55,058 nt of DNA. Origin: Sphaeroforma arctica JP610. Lineage: Eukaryota. Both the position numbers and the translations under genes were made by a program. Positions 14,770-26,060 of the stretch are shown in pieces. Within the stretch, counting starts at the first letter, position 1. The number at the start of each line of letters is the position of its first letter. The notes below the pieces were generated by a model that saw only the letters and a list, made by a program, of their open reading frames with translations, searched no databases and was not told where the DNA came from. The DNA is taken from positions 20,315-75,372 of the forward strand of contig NW_014040496.1 in NCBI RefSeq assembly GCF_001186125.1, in the 5' to 3' direction.

Positions 14770-16329
14770 TGTAACGCGGCGACGGGTTGATCGTTAGGAG
14801 TATTCGTAGTAGTGTTTGTGGATGTGGGCTCGCAGTGCCATCTGTCAGCAGTAAGACAGATGGAGCGGTGTGTGTAGGGAGTGCCGGATGATTAGGGAGA
14901 AAGACAGTGACACGGGTCACAAGGGAGACGGGTGGTGGAGCGAGAAGACGTAACGCAGTATTGTAGAGGTTGAGAGTAGCTTATAAGATACGACCAGAAG
15001 AAACAATAGACCTCTTCTCAAATGCGAATCCTGCAGCTAGGTAAAGTCCTAAGCTGAAGGACTCGCATTGAGTCTTTATTTGTGTTTAGTATTTTCTACA
15101 CTAGACTCAATATTTACTTAGATCATTTTACAAATGGTGCTACTCCAGTATACGTGTACTACGAAGAAAAGAACATTGAGAAGAGGGTGGCGATTCGTGA
15201 GGAAATATTGGCCATGCTCAAAGAAGGTAGAATCGAACAATGCGGTTGGAAGACATTGTGGAATCTTCAGCCGGTTGTGGTGCCCGAGAGGGAACAGGGT
15301 GATTGGAAAATTTGTGCAAATTCAATGCCTCTGAATCGCCAGATTAAGTATCGTGAGTTTCCCGGGGTATAAGTATTATGCCAAATTGGATATGGCTAGG
15401 GGGTACTACTTGCAGATTAAGTTGTCGGAAACCGCTCGAAGTTACACGACCTTTACGTTGGAGGGTCAAAGATATCGCTATACTGTAATGCCCATGAGCC
15501 TTGTGGACTCCGGTTTTACCTTTCAATCATTGATAGAGGGAATTATATACATAGATGATGTGATTATGTGTTCTATGACAATTGACGAGCATATAGTGTT
15601 GATAGAAGAAGTGCTGCGGCGATTGAAGAAGCGGATCGTTAAGATACGGATGAGTAAGTGTGAGTTTACGAAACTGCAAGTGGAGTTCCTTGGGCACATT
15701 TTTTGGCAAGGTGCTTCTTGGATTAAAGACGAGGCTGCGAAGGCACTAAGAGAAACGCGCACTCCAAGCACGAAAGAGGAACTTCGAATATGCTACAGCT
15801 AACTGGTGGCATCGCTATGTGCCAAACTTCTCTCTTGTTCTGCAACCTGTCGCCAAGTTATGGAAGAAAGAAGTAACATTTAACTGGGGATCAGAGCAAG
15901 GTTGTTGACTAAGCGTATGGTCAGACATAAAATGCAGCAAATGTGGGATTTTATACTGTATTATATATCAAATTTATAGGGTGATACATGGAAGCCATTT
16001 ATTGACGCATTGAAAGAGAATCCACCTCTAGTGTCACCACGGAAAGTTGATATCCTGGTGCTGCACACAGATGCAAGTCGCATGGGTTGTGGAGCTGTGT
16101 TGTATGTATAACGCAACGATGTGATGCTGCCAGTTTCTTTTGCATCTACGCGCTGGAGTCCGGCACAGCAGCTCTACTCTATAACATACACTGGAAGCCT
16201 TAGCTATTGTTTGGGCTTACGATCGATGGGCACGACTGTTGGATCGTCCGCCAGGGTTTGCATACATTGAGACGGACCACTTGCCATTGTTGGGCCTCTG
16301 GAAACGCCTGGATGATGATGACACGGCGC
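14770..16329 (+). mobile_element. Gypsy element A, 5' part (putative LTR 14770-15132; degenerate RT and RNase H), interrupted by Gypsy B
   Basis: The putative LTR runs TGTAA...TTACA and is followed by AA-TGGTG (PBS-like). RT motifs are KLDMARGYYLQI, YTVMPM, YIDDVI, KCEF and VEFLGH. RNase H motifs are HTDASRMGCGAVL, EALAIVWA and ETDHLPL. Gag and protease are not seen. Confidence 0.85.
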
Positions 16330-17177
16330 TGTAATAAGCCGGGCCTCCACATTAGACTCTATGTTATAAACGTACTCTTAAGCAGTACGTAAATTATAAA
16401 CGTATTCTTAATAGTACGAGGAACTTAATTTTCCTAAATGTACTCTTAATAGTACGAGGAACTTAAGTTTCCTAAATGGACTTTTAATAGCACGAGGAAC
16501 TTAAGTTTCCTAAAATGGTTTTTAATCGTTTTAATAATTAATACCTTTTCCATTTTACATATCAGATATTTGGACGAGGCCATTAAAAGGCCTCAGTAAA
16601 ATACCAAACATAAAAGAATTGGTCTAGTTCTATTAATAGAACTTTAGTTACTTTCCAACTTTATTTATATCTGAATACCTCGGTAGCGAGATGGCTCAAC
16701 CGAATATAGGTTTCTAGGGACTATTAACGTTGCCTAGTTTATCCTCCGATCAGCCAACCAGATGTGCCAGTCTGATGAACGCTAAGTCGGTACTTCTTGA
16801 TAGTGGCAAGTTATTGGTTAAGACAATAACTAAAGGCATCAAGTATTTTATTATTATTTTATCTATTTTTTTTCTAAAGATAGGATTTTATGAGTCTCTC
16901 GGATTCACCCCAGTGAAACATACCATAGTTTCTAATAGAGCGACAACGAAACACTAAATAAAATCCCTTCGGCGGAAACAGTACTGAGAGGATTATATAT
17001 AGGCAATGTCTCAGCCTCACAATCCCTCAGAGTATTGCTGTTTTCACGAGGCATACCTAACTTGACTAAATGTCTCATTTCGTTTATTTACTTTGATATT
17101 TACACGATACTTAGAATTTACCTACGCGTTTATTTATTCTAAAGCTTTAGTATCGCCTCAATAGACCGAATCTTACA
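16330..17177 (+). repeat. 5' LTR of Gypsy B (~848 bp)
   Basis: The termini are TGTAA...TTACA. The end is defined by where it diverges from the copy ending at 24511. A TATA-like TTATATATAGG lies at ~16993, and there are three 38-bp tandem repeats in U3. Confidence 0.9.
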
Positions 17178-17303
17178 CATTTTAAAGTTAGCAAAGGTAT
17201 TAATTACTTAGACTACTTAAGCGTAAATGTAGATTAACTACCACAAAATTTTCTTGTCCAAGCTAGTCCTTAAGAGACAAGCTAGTAGTCATAAGTTAAG
17301 ATT

Positions 17304-19994
17304 GTGACCAAGAAAGACAATACTCCTTCTAAGAAGTGTAGAGCTGAAAAGAAGAAGATGGATAGAGAAGCCGCTAGCGCTGCCGCAGCTACTGCTGCTG
17401 CAGAAGCAACCGCCGCCGCTGCTGATGCGTTTAACCGCACTGTAGCCGAAGTACTTGCCTCTGACAATAATAGTCAAAAGGACAATGCTTCAGATAAGAA
17501 TGTAGCCATTCCGCTTAAGGAGACTACTCCCACTTACAGAGCCCGAGGGCCAACTATTGCAAAGAAGTGAGACAAGGGACACGTCTCAAGACGCCCCAAC
17601 CCATTCTTCTGACGAAAATCAGAAAGGAAAGTCCCCAATTATAAGGGCGTCCCCAATTATAGGGGACAAGGACAAATCTCAGAAGGAACCTATAATGGAA
17701 CCAGAAGAGGAGGCAAGCTCAAGTGGCAACCCCGAATCTACGTCCGAGACTACTAAGCTAACGCGCATAAGTAAGTTAATTACTGAAAACACTGATCTTA
17801 AGAATCAGTTAGCTACCCTTATGAAAGACTTGACTGTTGAACATGTATATCAATTGTATAGATCAGGAAAACACATACAGCACTTACGTGAGCATATTTC
17901 CCCGGGCATTACTGAAGCCCTACAAAAGTGGACAGAACGTCGACAGGCAATTACGCCCGAAGAACGTAAAGACTCAAGCGCTACGCCTGAGGCATATGAT
18001 CCAGATGTGCTCAGCGTATCTATACCTTACGAGGCACTACCGCCAGTAGTTCAGGCTAATTACTCGCCTGTTCTGACACCCGGCCGTGAGTCACCCGTCC
18101 TCGAGGGTATTATAGACTCAGAGGCAGGTAGAAATACTCCGCCACTTTCACCCAATAGGGATGACAATCGTCGGAAACCAGTTAAGACTGGGTATGTTAT
18201 CCAGACGCATGAATCACCCAAAATTATAATACCAACCACTATCCGAGGAACAGAGCACCGAAAGGCCTCGACCATGAACTTTACAAGGGGTAATAAACAC
18301 CCCCGTAGACGTGCTAACGAAGTCAAATGTAATCGCTTCGATCGCACAGCACTACATCAACCCGCAGAGGATTTTCACTCTGACGAGGTGACCGAACTTA
18401 ACAAATCGGTCGACGATTATACCATTAAAATGGAAATCGCCCACGATGCGTATCATGCTGATGATGTAGCATACTTTGCGAATATGATTGCGATTAAGCA
18501 AAAGCGCATTGATCAGTTATTTCAGGCCCAGCGTGGACAAGACCACAGGGACAACCAGAAGTACAAGGGACAGATCAGTCGACTTAAGTCGAATTGGGAT
18601 GCCAACAGCAAGCAGGTCGAGTTTATAAACAACCATGACCTCGACACGCTAACCCGTACGCTTAATGCGTTTACGGTCATGCTGGAGACGAATGATATCG
18701 CTCCCCAGCAATGGATCTCTGCTTTAATACAGACGTTTGACCCTACAGGTACAAGTTATTTGATCCTGCAGCGACACCAGCATGAGCTAGACACTTGTCG
18801 TGACTGGCCAACTGTGTGTTGGTTGGTTACATCCTTGTTAAGTAAGGACATGCGTAGCCCTGGACTGAGTTCAAATTTAACTGAACCAGGTTGAGAACAC
18901 GCCTATTCGAAGCTAGATGCTGACCTGAAACGTCCAGATAAAACAAAGGACAAGGCACAGCGATGGTACGAGTTCCTGGTTATGCACGTGTTCTGTAAGA
19001 ACATATATCAGTTACTTCAGGCCCAACGTGGACAAGACCACAGGGACAACCAGAAGTACAAGGGACAGATCAGTCGACTTAAGTCGAACTGGGATGCCAA
19101 CAACAAGCAGGTCGAGTTTATAAACAACCATGACCTCGACACGCTAACCCGTACGCTTAATGCGTTTACGGTCATGCTGAAGACGAATGATATCGCTCCC
19201 CAGCAATGGATCTCTGCTTTAATACAGACGTTTGACCCTACAGGTACAAGTTATTTGATCCTGCAGCGACACCAGCATGAGCTAGACACTTGTCGTGACT
19301 GGCCAACTGTGTGTTGGTTGGTTACATCCTTGTTAAGTAAGGACATGCGTAGCCCTGGACTGAGTTCAATTTTAACTGAACCAGGTTGAGAACACGCCTA
19401 TTCGAAGCTAGATGCTGACCTGAAACGTCCAGATAAAACAAAGGACAAGGCACAGCGATGGTACGAGTTCCTGGTTATGCACGTGTTCTGTAAGAACATA
19501 TGGAAGAGTTGCGACGTAAACACGCGACTGAGGCTCGAGACAAGGGACATGAAACAAAGTTTTATCTATCCCGACTTACGTGGGAACAGTTTTATGATAC
19601 TGTATCCGCCCTTTCCTCCGCACATCGAGTAACATCTAAAGGAAAAGCGGCTGTTAAGAAGCCGCGGGAGCACACCGATCACGGGTACGTATCCAGGCAG
19701 ACCTCAAACGAGAGACCCCAACATATACGTGCTCGCGACTCCACTCAATCCACGCGACCCAATAAACGGGCACGCGCGGGAGCGAAGGACATGGAACCTC
19801 CATTTAAGGAAATTAAGAAATGTTCCGACGCACAGTGTGGGTATGACATGTACCAATTAACCCCTAACGGTTATTGCAATGGCAGACATGCATCCACCTG
19901 TACACACTTTCTTATTAAGTGCGACAAGTGTGAGAAGACCAATGGCTATCACACTAAGTCTTGTGACAAAAAGCCCAACATTAAGTTGGAGTGA
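17304..19994 (+). pseudogene. Gypsy B gag-like ORF (frameshifts, premature TGA, 495-bp tandem duplication)
   Basis: It lies between the 5' LTR and the protease. The C-terminus is Cys/His rich (CNGRHASTC...CDKCEKTNGYHTKSC). Confidence 0.75.
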
Positions 19995-20049
19995 AGGTAC
20001 TACCAGGTACAATCGTTACACAGACAATACAACGACTCTTTAAATGAGC

Positions 20050-21925
20050 GTGTAATAATCCCTGTATATTGCAATGGAAATACAATCCTTGCGTTGATTG
20101 ACCCTGGTTCAGAAATTTCATGTATATCCGATCGCTTTGCATTAATGAAAGATATCGAAAGGAGAACACAAACAACTCACCTCATGTTAGCTGATGGTAA
20201 AACTGCTAAGTGTGATACCACGGCCACAGATGTCAAAATCTCAATGGCCGATGATAGGAATATCACTACCCAAGCTGTGATAGTTAAGATGTCACAGAAG
20301 TACGACATTATAGTCGGAATGAGTGATTTACTCACTTTAGGTATAACCGTAACGGGTCTACCAGATGTCACAGAAGTACGACATTATAGTCGGAATGAGT
20401 GATTTACTCACTTTAGGTATAACCGTAACGGGTCTACCAAATAACATAGATACATTAAAGGATCAATCAGACGATAACTGTCTGAATCCATATAAGCTCC
20501 CGTCAGACACAGTCAAGGCATTAATACCTGTCTTTGCGAACAAAATCATGGATCTGATTCTAGTTAATAGAAAGATAAAGTTCACAGATTGGGCAAAATT
20601 CCGCTTTAACGACGGATATGTCCGTCTTGACTTAACCAAGATAGACTTTACACAGTTAAAGTGTCCCTCAAGGAACTATGCATCCTGGAGACACGAGGCT
20701 GAGGTAAAAGAACAAGTTGAGAAATGGCTAGCAGATGGAGTGATAGAAATTAACTATCAACAGACGCCAGTTAACTTGGCGCTGCTAGCCGTAGACCAAC
20801 ATAACTCGGACGGATCGTTTAAGAAAGTCAGAGTATGTTTAGAAATGAGTCCAGTAAATAAATTATTGCCGACTCATAGCTTTCACTTACCTCATATTAA
20901 CGAGCTACTGCGAAGGATGGAAGGTGCTACAGTATTTACAACTATAGACCTTACACAAGGATACCATCAAATACAGGTATATGAACCACACCATAAATAC
21001 TTTAGCTTTACGTGGAAAGGTAAACAATACCGGTTCAGAGGTGCACCTTTCGGGTTACACTCTTTACCAGCATTCTCCCAACAAGTAATGGGAGAAATGT
21101 TTGCAGACATGCCTAACGTGCAAGTCTTCATAGATGACATAGTCATCTTTTCCAAAACTAAGGGCGAACACGCCGCATTAGTCAGACGAGTCCTTAAGAG
21201 ACTCAACGAGCAAAACTTCAAGATTAACGAGAAGAAGTGCCACTTCGCAATGAGCGAAATACAGCTCTTAGGCTACCATATATCTGGGGAAGGTATTAAG
21301 ATCGACCCCGGTAAAGTAGCACACCTGTTAGATTGGCGAACACCAACTACAGGAAGAGATGTTAACAGCATGTGTGGGGTTGTAAACTTCTTTTCCGATG
21401 GAGTACCACACTTAGCTGACTACTTTAAACCTTTTGGACACTTAAGATGTCATAAAGGCAAACTAGGAGACTTGTGGACTAAAGGATGTGATGACGCATT
21501 TAAAACGCTCAAACACGCAGTCCAACAAGCCCCAGTTGTACAAGGACCAGTCGATGGCGTGCCGTTTGAAATAGCAACGGACGCCTCCGACTTAGCCTTA
21601 GGAGGAGTATTATATCAGGTTATAAATGACAAACCTAGATATATACAATTCTTTAGTCGAGCAATGAATGCTTCACAGTTGAATTATCCAACTGTTAAAC
21701 AAGAGCTATTAGCCATAGTGGCAGCTTTAACACACTTCCGAGATTACTTATACGGAACAGCATTTACGCTGATGTGTGATCAGAAATATCTTCAATATAT
21801 GAACGAGATGAAACCCGACTCACAATTACTGAGTCGCTGGCATGATACAATATCAAAGTTTCATTTTGATATAAAACATCTGCCAAGGAATACATAACCG
21901 TTTACCGGATATGTTATCACGCTTT
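20050..21925 (+). pseudogene. Gypsy B protease - reverse transcriptase - RNase H
   Basis: The protease motif is ALIDPGSEISCI. RT motifs are TIDLTQGYHQI, APFGL, FIDDIVIF, KCHF and LLGY. RH motifs are TDASDLALGGVL, ELLAIV and HLPGIHNRLPDMLSR (the last after removing one inserted A at ~21886). Confidence 0.95.
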
Positions 21926-21967
21926 GTACCGGACTTTAATAAATCCGTACGTGAGTTACTAGCCACT

Positions 21968-22365
21968 GACTGGAAGTGTAATCCCAGGTGGTTTGATTTG
22001 GCTCAAAATATATTTAGGCCACATACCATAGATATGTTTGCTGCACATCATAATGCACAACTATCGAATTACAGAACTTTAAATCATCCTTTGGGAGACG
22101 CTTTCCAAACAGACCTCTCCCAACATAACGCGTGGGCTAATCCACCATGGCAGTTAATTGCCCAGTTTAAATTATGTTCAAATACATAAAGCTACCATCA
22201 CGTTGTGTTGCCCATTACGGAATAAAGATCCATGGCTCAATAAATTGATCAGCATGATACAACGCGAGCCAATATATTTAGATAGGGAAGTAGATACTTT
22301 CCTATATCAGGGTACCCGAGCCGTCCAGAAGACGCCCTGGAGACATACTAAAATATGTCGTATAG
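21968..22365 (+). pseudogene. Dam-like (phage/DIRS-type) DNA N6-adenine methyltransferase domain within pol
   Basis: The translation is DWKCNPRWF...PHTIDMFAAHHNAQL..Y......GDAFQTDL...AWANPPWQLI [frameshift] LNYV...ATITLCCP...PW. This matches the DW / DxFA / DAF / NPPW / PxxxxxPW pattern of DIRS-type MTases. Confidence 0.85.
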
Positions 22366-22757
22366 GTCCCATTGGAACAACAAAATGGACCCCTTCTGAG
22401 ACCTTCCTTAACACGGTCAAAGAATCAGAGATTCTACTCTCTACCCAATTAAACGTTAAGCAGTTCAAAGGCAACACAGCATTTAACGTCTGTGCACAAG
22501 AAATACAATCTACTAATGGCACTGTTAAGAAGCGTCAGTCTCTAGCTAGGACTCTGTTTAATAACATAAAGTCCAAGCCCGAGGTCTTTCAAACCCTATT
22601 TCTAAAGGGATTGATGAAAGACAATCCTGAAGCGTATACACATACAATGTGACTATTTAATAAGTCAGGTGTATCTAACGCACATGAGCGCACCTCTGAC
22701 ACTCTTGCGAAAGCAGGACAGGAGTCAGGAAACACTACGGACTTAGAGACCACGCAA

Positions 22758-23968
22758 GTGGATTCTCAACACCCTACCTTTATTCTGGAAGAGCAAAATG
22801 ATGAGAACATTCGTGCTTGGCTGACGCAAAATCATAAGCTGAAGCACCAGAACGTAGTAGGCGCACTTAATGATGCTAAGCAACATGGGATCGCGCACCC
22901 TAAGCTGGCAACTTTAGTTGACAGAGTATATCAGTCATGTACAGACTGTGATCTCAATCAGATCAAGCGCTATGGTTTCGCACCGCCTAAGAGTGTGACT
23001 GAAGATGTTCCATGGCGCAGGGTCATCGTTGATCTGGTTGACCTGCCCACGTCCGAGCACACAGGCGACCGTTACGTATGCCACTTCTTTGATGTGGCGT
23101 CACGGTGTAATTTGCTCTATCTATTAAAGGATAAGAATACGCAGACCGTGGCAGAATTATGTTGCTAAGTCTTTGCTGACCACGGGTGACCGGGTATTAT
23201 GTGCACTGATAGCGGGTAGTGAGTTCTGCGATGACGTTATGGAATCGCTAGTACTCGTATCAGGTATATGCCATAAGAGAGGTGTGCCATATAAGCCGCA
23301 AACGCAAGGCGCGAATGAAACGCGCCATAGAAGACTTAAGTTCTTTTTGCGTACTGCATTAACGGATGATGTAGATGATTGGCCGTACCACCTTAAGTGG
23401 GTACAAACACCAATGAACGAGTGTGCTGATCCGGTTACAGGAACTACACCCGCTCACTATTTTCGTGGCAGATATAGTGAGTTACAAATACCCTTTAACA
23501 AGGACGAACCTGATCACCATGAGCTACCATGGTTAGAGAAGGGACAACGTATTTATAACGTTGTACATCCTTGCTTGTGAGAAATACGCAATATAACCAT
23601 ATAAAAAAGGCAAAAGCGTTGGATCACTACCAAGAAGATAACAGAGTATCAGGTTGGTGACAGAGTTAACATCCGTCAACGTAATTCCGATGCTACTGTA
23701 TTGACATCTAAATGGATAGGTCCATATATAATCTCTGTAGCAGACACTAAAAATGAAACGTACGAGGTAAATAACCCCGATGGTTCTAGTGCGCTTAATA
23801 TAAGTCGTATTCCGACTACAGAGACTATACTCGCAAGAAGACACGACTCTAATGCCCCTCTTGATCGTTCTGAATTTAGAGACATTATATGGAGAACGGA
23901 TAAGAGAGGCTACACATACTATCGTACACGCTTTATAGACGGTACAATAGCTGAGTTGACTTCAGATG
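22758..23968 (+). pseudogene. Gypsy B DDE integrase with HHCC zinc finger and GPY motif
   Basis: Motifs are HKLKH...CTDC, PWRRVIVDLVDL, FFDVASR, (TD)xGSEF, YKPQTQGANE and KWIGPY. It runs into an assembly gap at 23969, and the remaining C-terminus probably lies at 24512-24611. Confidence 0.9.
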
Positions 23969-23988
23969 NNNNNNNNNNNNNNNNNNNN

Positions 23989-24511
23989 CGTCTGAAGGAA
24001 CGGAAGTTAAAACTTATCCGCCCACAGCATTTATCCCGAGCCTTAATGCTCATCCTTCATATGTACTTAACGTTACCTAGTTGATCCTCCGATCAACCAA
24101 CCAGATGTGCCAGTCTGATGAAGGCTAAGTCGGTAATTCTTGATAGTGGCAAGTTATTGGTTAAGACAATAACTAAGGACATCAAGAATATTTTTCTTCT
24201 TCTTCTAAAGATAGGATTTTATGAGTCTCTCGGATTCACCCCAGTGAAACATACCATAGTTTCTAATAGAGCGACAACAAAACACTAAATAAAATCCCTT
24301 CGGCGGAAACAGTACTGAGAGGATTATATATAGGCAATGTCTCAGCCTCACAATCCCTCAGAGTATTGCTGTTTTCACGAGGCATACCTAACTTTACTAA
24401 ACGTCTCATTTCGTTTATTTACCTTGATATTTACATGATACTTAAAAAATCTGTCTACGCGTTTATTTATTCTAAGGCATTAGTATCGCCTTTATTAGAC
24501 CGAATTTTACA
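23989..24511 (+). repeat. Third, variant LTR inserted into the 3' end of Gypsy B pol
   Basis: From ~24068 it matches the 3' half of the element's LTR and ends TTTTACA at 24511. The segment 23989-24067 differs from the U3 of the other two LTRs. The 5' end is hidden by the N gap. Confidence 0.8.
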
Positions 24512-24750
24512 ATATGTGCTTAAGACACTGAAGCGTAAGAAATGTCCAGTCGACCACCACGGACCTACTGGACCTAAGCCCAAAAATCATAGGGTAACCG
24601 AGAACGCTTAAATTCTCCGCCTGAGAAACATTAAATATATGTTATGCTACTTTATGTTTCGACCCGTTTTTTTCCTTTCTCGCTTTTGACCCATAATCAG
24701 CTTGAGTGAGTAACTTGCTTCTCATGGGTCTCAAAGCTGGGTGAGGGCTG

Positions 24751-25506
24751 TGTAATAAACCGGGCCTCCACATTAGACTCTATGTTATAAACGTACTCTT
24801 AAGCGGTACGTAAATTATAAACGTATTCTTAATAGTACGAGGAACTCAAGTTTCCTAAATGTACTCTTAATAGTACGAGGAACTTAAGCTTCCTAAATGT
24901 ACCCTTAATAGTACGAGGAACTTAAGTTTCCTAAATGTACTCTTAATAGCACGAGTAACTTAAGTTTCCTAAAATGGGTTTTAATGGTTTTAATAATCAA
25001 TCCCTTTTCCATTTTACATATCAGATATTTGGACGAGGCCATTAAAAGGCCTCACTAAAATACCAAACATAAAGAGTTGGTCTAGTTATATTAATAGAAC
25101 TTTATTTACTTTCCAATTTATTTATATTTGAATACTTCGGTAGCGAGATGGCTCAACCGAATATAGGTTTCTAGGGACTATCAACATTACCTAGTTGATC
25201 CTCCGATCAGCCAACCAGATGTGCCAGTCTGATAAAGGATAAGTCGGTAAGTCTTGTTAGTGGCAAGTTATTGGTTAAGACAATAACTAAAGACATCAAG
25301 AGTTGTTTTTCTTCTTCTAAAGATAGGATTTTATGAGTCTCTCGGATTCACCCCAGTGAAACATACCATAGTTTCTAATAGAGCGACAACAAAACACTAA
25401 ATAAAATCCCTTCGGCGGAAACAGTACTAAGCCTCACAATCCCTCAGAGTATTGCTGTTTTCACGAGACATACCTAACTTTGACTAAATATCTCATTTCG
25501 TTTATT
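24751..25506 (+). repeat. 3' LTR of Gypsy B (3'-truncated, TATA region deleted)
   Basis: It starts TGTAATAAACCGGGCCTCC and has four 38-bp repeats. It lacks the final ~90 bp and has a ~26 bp deletion at ~25429. Confidence 0.9.
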
Positions 25507-25509
25507 TTA

Positions 25510-25960
25510 GGGTTTTATGTCACACGTGGGCCTTATGATGGGGACCACTACGATATTCGTGCTCCAGGTGGTAACAACGTCCGTTTGCATCGCGACCAGC
25601 TTAAGCTTGCAGCAGGCGGCTCTCCTGGTACAGCTAAAACTGTGCGCGCACTTGTTACATTGAAGGAGTTCATGAAATCTTTTGAACGATTCAACGAGGT
25701 CCCTGATGATCTTGACAGACATGTTAGAAAGGGGCCGATTGGTTTGGGGATTGCCAAAAATTCTTCACTACATTGCAGAAACTCTGCCCTGAGGATAGGA
25801 GAACTTTGGATCCAGCATTGGCGAAGGCGAAATGTACTGGGATCGCGAGCACTTGGAATAGCTTCAAGTCACTTATCAATGCGATCCGTAGCTTTACCGC
25901 TGATGCTGACTGCCGTACGAAGAGACTATAATCTTTTTAAAAGCTCAGTGAGCGTGTAGG
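25510..25960 (+). mobile_element. Probable post-integrase C-terminal remnant of a Gypsy element, likely element A
   Basis: VTRGPYDGDHYDIRAPGGNNVRLHRDQLK resembles the region following the integrase GPY/F motif (H..xLK). Confidence 0.5.
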
Positions 25961-26060
25961 AGTCGGCAACTCCCAATCAGGAAAATTTGGGATTCGTGGG
26001 GGAATCCGAATTTTGGATAGTTTTTGGGTCTGGGACCATTCTCGAAATTTCAGTGCACTA

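Larger units (their letters stand above)
16330..25506 (+). mobile_element. Gypsy element B: LTR - gag - PR - RT - RH - Dam-like MTase - integrase - PPT - LTR (inactivated)
   Basis: There are two homologous direct LTRs starting TGTAATAA. Domain order is Gypsy-type, with integrase after RH. A PPT-like GGGTGAGGG precedes the 3' LTR. Confidence 0.93.

Noticed and set aside
16330..25506. Classification as a DIRS element because of the MTase domain
   Set aside because: It has a protease, a DDE integrase and direct TG..CA LTRs, and no tyrosine recombinase or inverted/split repeats were seen.
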